A stretch of 64,000 nucleotides of DNA, from IMG/VR virus record IMGVR_UViG_3300010338_000470. One strand, written 5' to 3'. Numbering within the stretch: position 1 is the stretch's first letter; the number at the start of each line of letters is the position of its first letter. Under the pieces are notes generated by a model, which did no database searches, was not told the DNA's origin, and saw nothing but the letters and a program-made list of their open reading frames with translations. The DNA comes from a virus (Duplodnaviria; Caudoviricetes). Below, in pieces: positions 52,101-60,758 of this stretch. The position numbers and the translations under genes were made by a program.

Positions 52101-53333
52101 CATCTGCTTCTGCGCCACCTTCTCAGTCATCCCGTAGGACTTCTTCGCTCCATCATAGAAGGCTCTCACGTCCTTGGAGGAGCTGGCGATCCAGGGCAAA
52201 AGGGCCGCTACGGACCTGTCCGGGAGCCCGATCTCCTTCAAGGCCTCACGCTGCTGCCTTCCAGACATTCCCTTGAAAGCCTTGTTGAGCTGCTCCTGGA
52301 TGTCAACGAGGTTGCGGACGTTGCCCTGGGCGTCATAAACTTCAATCCCGTACTTTCTCATGGCTACAGCATTTTCTGTAGCTCCCCTCTGGAGATCCCT
52401 GAGGGCAATGTAGGCCTGCTGTCCAGCTACCTTGCCCTTGATGCCGATGGCGGCATACATCTCGATGATGGCCGCTCCTTCTTCAACGGAACGCTTTGAA
52501 AGGCTGAGCATCGTAGCGAACCTGTTAGTGAAGGACTCGGAAACCTGTTCCACCGTGGCGTTAGAGTCAATAGCAGCCTTAGTGATGACGTCAGCAACGT
52601 GCTTCATTTCACGGGCAAACTTCTCAGGGTCCTCCCTGAACCTCAACCCTAGAGCTGTCTGGGTATCAAGAAGAATCTCAGTAGCTTCCTCTAGGTCCAT
52701 AACGCCAGCCTGGGCGAACTCGGCTGCTGTACCGATACTCTTGATGCTCTCCGAGGTGTCGAGACCTGCGGACAAGAGGAAGTAGTAACCCTCTGCCACT
52801 TCAGCGGGGCTGAACTTTGTCTGACTTGAGATGAGTCTCGCCTGATCCGCCAAAGCTTTTTCTGTGGCAGCTGAAACCTTAGGTATGATAGCGAGGGACT
52901 CAACCATCGCCTTGTCGAATCCGACGACAGCATCTGTGGCGAACTTGAAGGCCTTGGTAACCGAAGTGATCACAGCGTGAATAGCTGAGAATCCAATCAA
53001 GGCCCCCACTGCTTCCATCGAAACAGCTTTGATGGTAGCCATGCCCTTGCCTAAGAGGGAAGTCTGGCCAGACATGGCTGCCGTGGCTCTCTCCCCAATC
53101 CTCAGGGCTCCCGTGTATCGCTGCTTGGCGTTCAAAGCAGCACTCATGCCTCGTTCTACGTTGCGAATAGACCCAGCGTACTGATCCTGAGCTTGAGCTG
53201 CCTGGCGTGCCCCTGGAGCCGTGGATTGGACCGTCTGGTTGAACTGCTTGGTAGCAGATTGAGCGCGCTTCAACCCAGCGATATACTGGCTCGTATTAGC
53301 CGAGATGACGACCGAGATATTTCTAACGGCCAT
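49158..53333 (-). CDS. Tape measure protein
   Basis: 1391 aa, Ala-rich helical, TP901-type core (TKFSPAEVAEG..), TM region, EPETGGEAYIPL. Confidence 0.95.
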   Translation of the reverse strand: MAVRNISVVISANTSQYIAGLKRAQSATKQFNQTVQSTAPGARQAAQAQDQYAGSIRNVERGMSAALNAKQRYTGALRIGERATAAMSGQTSLLGKGMATIKAVSMEAVGALIGFSAIHAVITSVTKAFKFATDAVVGFDKAMVESLAIIPKVSAATEKALADQARLISSQTKFSPAEVAEGYYFLLSAGLDTSESIKSIGTAAEFAQAGVMDLEEATEILLDTQTALGLRFREDPEKFAREMKHVADVITKAAIDSNATVEQVSESFTNRFATMLSLSKRSVEEGAAIIEMYAAIGIKGKVAGQQAYIALRDLQRGATENAVAMRKYGIEVYDAQGNVRNLVDIQEQLNKAFKGMSGRQQREALKEIGLPDRSVAALLPWIASSSKDVRAFYDGAKKSYGMTEKVAQKQMESIANAMSKAQNVVSGFFTTFTKMGKSIAATLIDTIGPAFSSTVKNIQEFVKEFAIPALKPFVGFLGGAFLVTLKAVGAAFGAITFALKALGPLAGPLIALITAMKLGNMAVNGFAKGFGLVSKEVTHLKAGLSGLGSQRISRSMLEGAGGIIGDFDPKKLGIGAQTVAGYKNARAAGLGFTKSTVAGMKAAGTSTRQFVSTFSGGMGGMASSAMMAITAIAGVVTAYKQFQSEAKSMGQQWAELIDEKVDKSTIKGREDAIKGYQDAIKAVEATRKSATSAKNKSFWEKANPFFDVFTNDAATQQKKALEESQAAERKAIKNAQENYKILAKETGLGVAEVQKMAESKGMDFFESVNNQKSKDARKDFKTDMKEVGEAALGAGFSMEEAAGMTEDASNEMVESANKINDAFKGALQEIVDPTKIVSSINAVFEAAASGYGASFSSAFGKVQEEAKEAASKTAEAEVKSYNDNLEKRISSLKDTRDKIKKGASDATIDGLDAQIDSLEKAKKAKEDFLSDDNVTASTGAFLKRLTAEADNAKKFTDGLLTIRERLAKNGVGSALSDEIITQLASLGAEGLPIIESFVSASESQFHKMSEALTESVKKMNPNLSPTWQEVKTRIAEAKTQVSEIGVALVGLSGNAGVANAGITTDQLKKFASLGPEFQSMLVTMFRELNAGEVGGQEIADGIKSILDAKDFGQGKIPEAINEAMVLAHGNAVGGTAGIMEAITSGIAAKVPEVKALLDSLGLGDVANILGIATAPQGGAGGGGVPAKPRTSNPRSGSKSSTPGGMQRSNKYNNVQGYTGFVKNGKPVLRIPGVFQYAYHPRGLTLGTEWYDTERRMWRAAGLYANGGIEQHSAQINKGGIRVWSEPETGGEAYIPLASSKRSRSTSILAEVANQFGYSLTKFANGGLYGTAGASMVGGGAFGTSHAQAAQTVVVPVSTTNQTNFNGPIQGVNMEDALRFAERKKRQRRLTR

Positions 53334-53359
53334 AGGGCTTCCCGTTGGTTGAGTTCAAG

Positions 53360-54252
53360 TTACCTCTTGAGGATTTTACCATCCTGGTCAACCAAGCTAT
53401 CAGGGAACAAGATGACCCGAACTCCGGGGGGAATGCCGTCTTCTCCGAAGGTGGAAGTGCGATAGGACTCGATTTCAGCACATCCGTGGCACTTGATGCC
53501 AACTGGCGTGTATGGTGGATGGTCCATCAGCCTCCCCGTTTCGGGGTCTATCCAGTCGACTTCTCTGGACCCGCACATTTCGCAAACTTCAGCCTTGGCT
53601 CTGGTGTAGGCCAGGGCCTTATCCTGGTCGTCTGGATCCCAAGAAAGGAACTCACTGTGAGGTATTCCGAGCGGAGTGCAAAAAGCTAGCTCCTCCCGAA
53701 GTTGATCATCTACCCAAATCCTTTTCCCAGGTCGAGGACCTTACGCTCAGCGTTCGCTTGAATGGCTGCCAGGAAAAGGGAGGCAAGCTCAGCTTGGTTC
53801 CAGTCCTCGGAATCCCAAATGTCATAGATGTCCTCAGCGGTCATGTCCTCAGGCTCGACAATGGAAGCTGCCATCAGGGCGGGAGGGAAGGTGTCGTCGT
53901 TCCACGCTGGCTCAGCTAGACCCTGAGTCAGGGCATCGTCCTTCTGCTTCTGGGTAGGCTTGCATTCCTCAAGAAGCTCCTCATACTTCAACCTTCCAAC
54001 GGACCTGAAAGCGAAGACCACTACATCGTCCTCGATCTCTGCCCTAAGCTTCTCTACCTGGGCTTCAAGTTCAAGCTTCTCAGCCTTCAGAGCCCTGCTG
54101 CCGGGGGAGTCCTTCAGGGCTTCCGTTACCCGCTCCAAGGATGAGCGAGCTTCATTGAACTCGTCAGCCCTGTCGCCATCCAGGGCTATCTCAACCTTCT
54201 TGACGACAGGCTTCTTGCGCTTCTTGATATCAGCAAAGCTCTTCTTTGCCAT
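53360..54252 (-). CDS. Tail assembly chaperone, -1 frameshift product (gpGT-like)
   Basis: Slippery GGGAAAA at 53722-53728; the -1 frame stays open (RIWVDDQLREELAFC..GIPHSEF..CEMCG..CHGC) to 53360. Confidence 0.85.
53710..54252 (-). CDS. Tail assembly chaperone (gpG-like)
   Basis: Between the tail tube and TMP genes; ends LGKGFG at a slippery site. Confidence 0.85.
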   Translation of the reverse strand: MAKKSFADIKKRKKPVVKKVEIALDGDRADEFNEARSSLERVTEALKDSPGSRALKAEKLELEAQVEKLRAEIEDDVVVFAFRSVGRLKYEELLEECKPTQKQKDDALTQGLAEPAWNDDTFPPALMAASIVEPEDMTAEDIYDIWDSEDWNQAELASLFLAAIQANAERKVLDLGKGFG

Positions 54253-54343
54253 TCCACTTGTCCTTTTGTTGAGTTTGTCTTAGGTAGGAGTATAGCACTA
54301 CCCCCCGAGGAGCGAAGCTGGGTCAGCTAGACTGAAGGCTGCT

Positions 54344-56221
54344 ATGCCTACCCCTTCGACATTTGAAGCCTTTGGGGAGCGGAAGACGCTCAAGGAATGG
54401 GCCTCAGATCCACGATGCCAGGTGCATCTTGAGACCCTAAGACGGAGGGTTCGCTCCGGGAAAACCGTAGAGGAGTCCCTTCAGGGCTCTAATCCTATTC
54501 TCCTGACAGCCTTCGGGGAAGAACGAACGGCCTACGAATGGGCTCGGGACTCACGTTGTGCTGTAAGTGAAGCCGTGCTGTATCGACGCCTTCAAGAAGG
54601 TTGGGATTCGGAAGAGGCACTCACGACTCGACCCAGACAGGCAAAAACCTTCGAGGCTTTAGGGGAGGTCAAACCTCTTTCCGAATGGATCAAGGACAGC
54701 AGGTGTGCGGTTTCTAGGGACGTCCTCTATTCTCGATTAAGGAAGGGCTGGGAATTCCAGGAGGCACTCACTATCCCCACCGCTGAAACCGTTTCAATCT
54801 TTGGAGAATTCAAAACTGTAGCTGAGTGGGCGAAGGATCAACGGAGCAACGTGGATGCCGACACGCTTAGGGGGAGGCTGTCCCGTGGATGGGATGCTGA
54901 GGAGGCTCTTACGGAGGCTAAAAAACAACTCCTTGAATTTGAGGCCTTCGGAGAAACTAAGACGTTGAAAGAGTGGATCAAGGACCCTCGGTCCATAGTC
55001 AAGGAGTCCGTCGTTAGAGACAGGCTCGGCAGGCACTGGGACTTCGAGAGGGCCATAACAGCCCCACTGGAAGTCGAAGCACGGTTCGAAGCATTCGGAG
55101 AGACAAAGACCCTCAGGGAGTGGTCTGCTGACCCGCGCTGCATCCCAAGCCTGAAAACCCTGTCCCTTCGAATCTACAATGGTCTACCTTTCGAGGAGGC
55201 GCTCACGAAGGAGCTAGGGCGACGAAGGGGGTCCTTTGAGGCTTTTGGGGAAAAAAGAACCCTGGCGGGCTGGGCAGAGGACTCCAGATGTGTCGTCTCT
55301 CTCACTACTTTGGCTTCCAGGGTCCATGAATACGGTTGGAATCTAGAGGCCGCTATCACCACCCCGATCGGTGGGGGGAGTTCCGTTCGCGAACAGGAGC
55401 TGGCAGAATACGTTTCCTCTCTTGTTGAAACAGTAGTAAACGACAGGACAGCTATTGGACCCATGGAACTAGACATCCTGGTCCCATCTAAAGGCATCGC
55501 TATCGAGTTCAACGGAATCTACTGGCATTCAGAGAGGTTCGTAGGGAAGACCTACCATGCTGAGAAGTTGAAGGCCTGCACGGAGGCCGACTTGAGGCTC
55601 ATTCAGATCTGGGAAGACGAGTGGCTCCACCGACGCCCCCAAGTTGAGTCTATGTTGGTCCACAAGCTAGGGCTGTCCAAAGCTTCCGTGGGGGCACGAA
55701 AGTGCTCCGTGGTAGGGGTACAGCCAATGGAAGCCACAGAGTTTCTACGACAGAACCACATCCAGGGAGCCCCCCCGTCTATTGGACGCGCCTGGGGGCT
55801 GAAGCACCGAGACTCCCTCGTTGCAGTGATGCTCTTCGCTCGCAACCCATCAAAGCCCGGAGACTTCTTGCTGACACGCTACGCCACCAGCGTGACCATC
55901 CCCGGAGGGTTCAGTAAGCTTCTAAGGGCAGCAGAACGAGAGCTAGAGGCTACTTCCATAACGTCCTTTGCTGACCTGTGTGTATCAGATGGGGGCCTCT
56001 ACGAGGCTAACGGATTCGAACTAGAAGCTACTCTGGACCCAGACTACAAGTATGTCGTCGGGGATCAGAGGGTTCACAAGTTTAACTACCGTCTCAAGAG
56101 ATTCAAGGAAGACCCCGATCTCCTGTTTGAAGAGGGCCTCACCGAGAGGGAACTGGCTAACCTTAACGGGCTGCATCGCATCTATGATGCTGGCAAGCTA
56201 CGCTATCGCAAATCCCTGTAA
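54344..56221 (+). CDS. Free-standing endonuclease-like protein: 7 HTH-like repeats + Vsr/DUF559-like nuclease + GNAT-like C-domain
   Basis: 7x FEAFGE.KTL.EW..D.R..V....L..R...GW..EEALT; ELDI..IAIEFNGIYWHS..IQIWEDEW; NHIQG..GGFSKLL..SFAD..GGLY..RIYDAG. Confidence 0.82.
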   Translation: MPTPSTFEAFGERKTLKEWASDPRCQVHLETLRRRVRSGKTVEESLQGSNPILLTAFGEERTAYEWARDSRCAVSEAVLYRRLQEGWDSEEALTTRPRQAKTFEALGEVKPLSEWIKDSRCAVSRDVLYSRLRKGWEFQEALTIPTAETVSIFGEFKTVAEWAKDQRSNVDADTLRGRLSRGWDAEEALTEAKKQLLEFEAFGETKTLKEWIKDPRSIVKESVVRDRLGRHWDFERAITAPLEVEARFEAFGETKTLREWSADPRCIPSLKTLSLRIYNGLPFEEALTKELGRRRGSFEAFGEKRTLAGWAEDSRCVVSLTTLASRVHEYGWNLEAAITTPIGGGSSVREQELAEYVSSLVETVVNDRTAIGPMELDILVPSKGIAIEFNGIYWHSERFVGKTYHAEKLKACTEADLRLIQIWEDEWLHRRPQVESMLVHKLGLSKASVGARKCSVVGVQPMEATEFLRQNHIQGAPPSIGRAWGLKHRDSLVAVMLFARNPSKPGDFLLTRYATSVTIPGGFSKLLRAAERELEATSITSFADLCVSDGGLYEANGFELEATLDPDYKYVVGDQRVHKFNYRLKRFKEDPDLLFEEGLTERELANLNGLHRIYDAGKLRYRKSL

Positions 56222-56226
56222 ACGCG

Positions 56227-56273
56227 GCTCCGCCCCGAAGACTCCCAACCTAAGGAAGCCTCGGGGCGGAGGA
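56227..56273. terminator. Hairpin between convergent genes
   Basis: CTCCGCCCCGA...TCGGGGCGGAG. Confidence 0.65.
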
Positions 56274-56284
56274 GCGGGCTAAGC

Positions 56285-56761
56285 TCAAGGCTTGACTTCA
56301 GCAGCCAAACCAGGAACGTTAGTGATCGTGAAGGTCGTCATGAAACGAGCCGGGTCGTTACCAGCGCTCCACTCTCTGGTGGTCTTAGCGACAGAAACTG
56401 GCCACACCTCGCAGTCGTCGCCGGCCACGGGGGCGACTCCACCGATCCCGTATGGGAAGAAGACCACGAAGCCTTCTGCTCCCTTAGCTAGGGTGGTGAG
56501 CAGCGGGTTGGAGGTGTTGTCCTCGTAGAACGTCATCTCCGAGTCGTCTGCTGTGTCTTCGCCCGGAATCTTCTTGACGAACTCAGCACACATGTCTGGA
56601 ACGTCGATAGGGTTGTTCTGGAAGGCGAATCCACTGATCTCCGCAATGCTGCACGTCAGCTCTGTTGCACCCGAAAGCTCAGCGACAGTCGGTGAAGCAG
56701 CGGAGCTGATGGAGGAAACGAAGTAGATCTTGGTGGTTCCCCTTCGGAAGTACCTTGCCAT
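56285..56761 (-). CDS. Major tail (tube) protein
   Basis: PTVAEL..G.ELT..I.GF..IPGE..; position upstream of the chaperones. Confidence 0.85.
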   Translation of the reverse strand: MARYFRRGTTKIYFVSSISSAASPTVAELSGATELTCSIAEISGFAFQNNPIDVPDMCAEFVKKIPGEDTADDSEMTFYEDNTSNPLLTTLAKGAEGFVVFFPYGIGGVAPVAGDDCEVWPVSVAKTTREWSAGNDPARFMTTFTITNVPGLAAEVKP

Positions 56762-56842
56762 GTTGTATGGTCTCCTGTGATCGTGAAAGAACTTCTTCCT
56801 AGAGTTTACATCTCAGCCAAGGTCCAAACCCCACCCAGGGGC

Positions 56843-57286
56843 TTACGTTGACGTGACAGCAAACCCGAAGGAGTCGCTCCTGGTCCAGATTTGGCCCACG
56901 TTGTCTAGTCCTCCAGTACCACCTATGGCAAACTGGTTGACTACGACCCCGCCCTCGAACTCGACTTTATTCAAGAGTGTCCCGTGGGCATCCTTACCTA
57001 CTAGAACCTTGAATCCTTTGTCGCCAAGAAACTCGGCCTGATCGTCCCTTAGTCCATGGTAGTCGACCTGGATTTCAAAGGTGGCGCTGGATTCAGGGTT
57101 GCAAAGTGGGGGGCCTTCGAAATTGAACGTAGAAACAGGGTGCAGGCAAGCGTATGGAGGATCGAAAAATTCCCCATTCCCGTCCCTTGGAGCGCGACTG
57201 ATCCCAACTGGTATCCCTAGCTCTACTTCCAGAAGGGATTTAAGTCCCTTCAGGAAGAGTCTCCGTTGCACTACTGATTCTGTCAA
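56843..57286 (-). CDS. Tail terminator-like protein
   Basis: Synteny; PPY..L motif. Confidence 0.6.
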   Translation of the reverse strand: MTESVVQRRLFLKGLKSLLEVELGIPVGISRAPRDGNGEFFDPPYACLHPVSTFNFEGPPLCNPESSATFEIQVDYHGLRDDQAEFLGDKGFKVLVGKDAHGTLLNKVEFEGGVVVNQFAIGGTGGLDNVGQIWTRSDSFGFAVTST

Positions 57287-57660
57287 GTTAGTACGTTCCT
57301 GAGGCTGGCCACGAAGGCTGGTTCAAACTCGTTGATGGCTGGGCGGAAGTGGGGTCGAGGGGATCGCCTCACCTTCTTTCCGTTCGGAAGCGTCTGCACG
57401 CCACCGAATTCAAGCATCCTCCCATAGTCTAGATCACTGCCTATTTCCGCTTGGAAGTAGAAGCTCCCCACCCAGTCCTTCTCGATGCGAATGCTGGCCT
57501 TATAGCGCCCGGTTCTGACCGGAGCGTTAGCTTGGATCATTGATTTGAGTAGGACGGCCCCCCTGTAAGTGACTACAGCAACCCGCGACGGTACTTCAAC
57601 CTGAAGCCTGTTGAACTCCGCTGCCATCAAGTGAGCATCGTTTGTGACTGTGATTTTCAT
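57283..57660 (-). CDS. HK97 gp10-like neck protein
   Basis: APVRTGRYKASI, YGRMLEFG, PRPHFRPA. Confidence 0.85.
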   Translation of the reverse strand: MKITVTNDAHLMAAEFNRLQVEVPSRVAVVTYRGAVLLKSMIQANAPVRTGRYKASIRIEKDWVGSFYFQAEIGSDLDYGRMLEFGGVQTLPNGKKVRRSPRPHFRPAINEFEPAFVASLRNVLT

Positions 57661-58100
57661 CAGACTGCCGGATTGTGGGTTCCTATGGAGTCGCTCACAA
57701 ACTCCAAGAGTAGGTTTCGATACACGGAATGCGTGGTGGTATCCATCCTAGTCACACGGAAGGCTCTGCCAACTAAACCCTCGCTGTAAGGTGATGTAAG
57801 AACAGTCAAAACGTCACCTTCTCGAATCTTGCCCGTATCTGAATCGACAGGCAAAATGCATTGATAGTAGTTCAGGTCCTTTTGGGCGTCAGCAACCCTA
57901 AGTTCCTTGTCTCCCGTTTTAACCGAAGAGATCAAGCACTTGCCGGAATAGACAGTGGTGTCATAGTCATCAGCTGGCCTAACTAGCATTCCTGTAGTTT
58001 CATCCAAGATATCGTCCTGGATGCCCCTCGTGTCGCGCTTAACCACACAAGTATCAACCATCTTGGATCCAATGAACAGAATCCCAGGGGTCCGCGGCAT
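57660..58100 (-). CDS. Head-tail joining (stopper, DUF6093-like) protein
   Basis: MVDTCVVKR..LDETTG..VYSGKC..LPV..GD..V. Confidence 0.7.
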   Translation of the reverse strand: MPRTPGILFIGSKMVDTCVVKRDTRGIQDDILDETTGMLVRPADDYDTTVYSGKCLISSVKTGDKELRVADAQKDLNYYQCILPVDSDTGKIREGDVLTVLTSPYSEGLVGRAFRVTRMDTTTHSVYRNLLLEFVSDSIGTHNPAV

Positions 58101-58102
58101 GG

Positions 58103-58291
58103 TCACCATAGCTCAGCCAACTCCTTGAGCCTCTTGATCGTCAGAGAAATCGGGTCCCCATCGCCCCACCCCATAGAGTCAAGAATATCGCTACTTAGCT
58201 GGCCTGGGTCTACGCTGTTCAAAAACCTTAAAAGAACATCGCTCTCGCTGTACGTTTCCTGCTCCTGAGCCTTGAAGAATAGGTCCGTCAC
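58103..58291 (-). CDS. Hypothetical protein
   Basis: Overlapping start/stop in the operon. Confidence 0.55.
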   Translation of the reverse strand: MTDLFFKAQEQETYSESDVLLRFLNSVDPGQLSSDILDSMGWGDGDPISLTIKRLKELAELW

Positions 58292-58932
58292 GCTGAAACC
58301 CTCTTCTTGTACCTCTTGATCGAGTTGAAATCCTTATCTGATCTGAAAACCGTCAAGGGGTTCGCTCCAGACCCATAGGACGAAGACTGAAAGGTGTCGC
58401 CATCGTAGAACTTGAGGGAATAATCCTCAACCCTCATCTCCTTAATGCCTGTCACTTCGTTTGCCTGAGTGGCTGCTCGTGCCTCGGCTTCACCCCAAAG
58501 CCTCATAACACCGAAAGCTATGACAGAATTCACCCCGTTGGGTTCATCTAGCCCAGCTGTATACTCGACAGTTATCTCTGGGTCGTCAAAGTCGTCATAG
58601 TCATCCAATCCGTAGTCGATAACCCCATACTGATTGCGGGGCCACATACCCTCTAGCCCCCACGGAGTGACCGTATACGAGTCGGGATCGAGGGTCGTGC
58701 CGTCCACCTCAACGGAAGAAATGGATACAACGGGGGTGTTGGACAGGAAAACGCGCCCGTCAGCGTCAGCTATCACAACTTCAGTAAAGGATTCTACCTG
58801 GATAGGCCTACCCAACCAGGCTTCGAGTTCACCAATAGCCAGATCTATCCAGAGATTGACCCTGTCCTCGTCATCTCCGCTATAAGTAACCCCTAGCAGG
58901 AGGGCAATGTCATCAGATGTTATAAGGGCCAT
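58288..58932 (-). CDS. Head-tail adaptor
   Basis: LSNTPVVSISSV..ITVEYTAG; synteny. Confidence 0.75.
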   Translation of the reverse strand: MALITSDDIALLLGVTYSGDDEDRVNLWIDLAIGELEAWLGRPIQVESFTEVVIADADGRVFLSNTPVVSISSVEVDGTTLDPDSYTVTPWGLEGMWPRNQYGVIDYGLDDYDDFDDPEITVEYTAGLDEPNGVNSVIAFGVMRLWGEAEARAATQANEVTGIKEMRVEDYSLKFYDGDTFQSSSYGSGANPLTVFRSDKDFNSIKRYKKRVSA

Positions 58933-58961
58933 GCCTAAATGGTAGCACCGAGTCGCGTCCC

Positions 58962-59972
58962 TTAGCCGGGGTAGAAGGCTATTCCATCCAACGAATTCCA
59001 AGTTGTCGACCCGTTATTAGTGGCTGCCACACCGCCAGTTGATGTTACGTCAACCCTGCAAACCCCAGTGCCTGAAGTGGTTGGCCTTGGGAACAAAAGA
59101 GTCGCAGCTGGCCTATATCCGGACGGGAGAGTGAAGATGTTTGCGGCAGCTGAAGATCCAGATAAGACAAGTCCACGAAGGTGGACTATCCCGTACTTGT
59201 CCTTCCTATACTGAGCTGGTGGCCACCTGTCGGTGGCACCAGTGCTTCCCCCAGCCCAAGAGTTCTCAAGGGTGGCTGTTACCCATTGGTCCTCGGTGCT
59301 CAGAGTTCCGTACTCTCCCTGAATGATTGACCAACTAGTTGTAGTAGTGTAATTATACCCGGCCTCAGAGGGCCTCACGTCAAATCTCTTAGCGTCAGCA
59401 CTAGAGTCCGTGACAACATTCATGGAGGAACACATAAACTCTGGAGGAACCCAGATCTTCGAGACACCACCGACGGAGGCGCTCGCTGTGCCTAAAACTT
59501 CAACAAACCCGTTGTCTCTCTTGAAGGTCCCAAAAGGGAACTCTGTGTAGCCTGGCCTGAGTCCCATTCCGTGCAGAACTGAATACCTGCCCTCGTATTC
59601 CCCCAAAGGAACAACAGGAAACCTTACGTTCATCGAACAAAAGGAGCTAGAGCCAGTAGGGATTCCAATAGTGACGTTTCCGTTCGGGTTGATGTTGACA
59701 TACCCTGGAGCGTTGGCGTTGATCTGAGGAAGGTACACATCCAGGGCTGGCCTGTACCCCTCTGGGAGCGTGAAAAGGGTGCCGCTCCCGCTCTTAACAA
59801 GTCCTTTCATGTAGACCCACCCGTCGGCCGTCATCCTGAAAGCAGCCGTATCGAACCCGCCCCCGTAGTTGGTCCATGAGCCGATAAAGGCTGGTTCTCC
59901 AGAACCCCCAACTTCGTGCCAGTACGTGTCTGGCAGATACTCTGTCTTTGGCTTCAAGCTATGAAAAGTCAT
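58962..59972 (-). CDS. Tail fibre/receptor-binding-like protein with duplicated beta module
   Basis: Two copies of G.V.L.GLV.SG...FTLP.GYRPA. Confidence 0.7.
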   Translation of the reverse strand: MTFHSLKPKTEYLPDTYWHEVGGSGEPAFIGSWTNYGGGFDTAAFRMTADGWVYMKGLVKSGSGTLFTLPEGYRPALDVYLPQINANAPGYVNINPNGNVTIGIPTGSSSFCSMNVRFPVVPLGEYEGRYSVLHGMGLRPGYTEFPFGTFKRDNGFVEVLGTASASVGGVSKIWVPPEFMCSSMNVVTDSSADAKRFDVRPSEAGYNYTTTTSWSIIQGEYGTLSTEDQWVTATLENSWAGGSTGATDRWPPAQYRKDKYGIVHLRGLVLSGSSAAANIFTLPSGYRPAATLLFPRPTTSGTGVCRVDVTSTGGVAATNNGSTTWNSLDGIAFYPG

Positions 59973-60279
59973 ATGCCCCCACCACCGCTCTAAGGTAGTT
60001 CGTTTGTGTGTTGTTCGACACTCTCAATTTGTTGCCTGCTTGCAGGGTGAGGTCCAGTTCCACGAGGACTAGTTCTTTCGGTGGGACCACTATGCCTTGA
60101 TGGATTGCGAACGTGTAGGTGTCGGTAATATAGACGGAGGCATTCAGGTGCGTGGTGGAGGTCGTGGAGTTGCCTAGAACTAGGGACTTTACGTGGTACG
60201 TGTGTCCAGATGGGACAGTAAGTAGGTCGGAACTGGAGGGTCCGGAAAGCTCCGCGTACCCCCTAACTAAGGACCTCAT
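59959..60279 (-). CDS. Putative structural protein
   Basis: TVPSG..VKSLVLGN..L.L.AG.KL. Confidence 0.6.
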   Translation of the reverse strand: MRSLVRGYAELSGPSSSDLLTVPSGHTYHVKSLVLGNSTTSTTHLNASVYITDTYTFAIHQGIVVPPKELVLVELDLTLQAGNKLRVSNNTQTNYLRAVVGAYDFS

Positions 60280-60746
60280 GAGAACACAACCCCCTGAAAC
60301 TCGACATCAATGTAGGTCGTTAGGGCTGAGGATGCAGACTCTACCTGACCGCAAGCAATGTACTCATTGTCATTCAGTGGCACAAAGCAGTCCACTACAA
60401 GTCGAGATCGTGCTGGTATGAGAAGTTCGCTACCTATGGTTGCCCTAAAGGTATTAGGTGACTCAACTATGGCTGAATAGAAATTGTAGCTGGTGGTTAT
60501 GGTGGTGTTGCTGACTATCAGCTTAGTAATGGCAACTTGAACACCGGCTGGCTTAGCATACCTGGAGACATAAGAGCTAGTTGTGCTGTTGATCATCCTG
60601 TAAGGGCGACCATTGTAGAGTTGGATAGGTTTCCCCACCTCGTCCACGTACTTCTTCGTGGCGGCATCCTGATCAGCTGTAGGGTTGAGGACATTGGAGA
60701 CCTTCTGGCTCCCCATATCCAGTTCAACTAGATTTTTACGCGCCAT
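60276..60746 (-). CDS. Putative structural protein
   Basis: PTADQDAATKKYVD fibre motif. Confidence 0.65.
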   Translation of the reverse strand: MARKNLVELDMGSQKVSNVLNPTADQDAATKKYVDEVGKPIQLYNGRPYRMINSTTSSYVSRYAKPAGVQVAITKLIVSNTTITTSYNFYSAIVESPNTFRATIGSELLIPARSRLVVDCFVPLNDNEYIACGQVESASSALTTYIDVEFQGVVFS

Positions 60747-60758
60747 GGCTACATTCTA

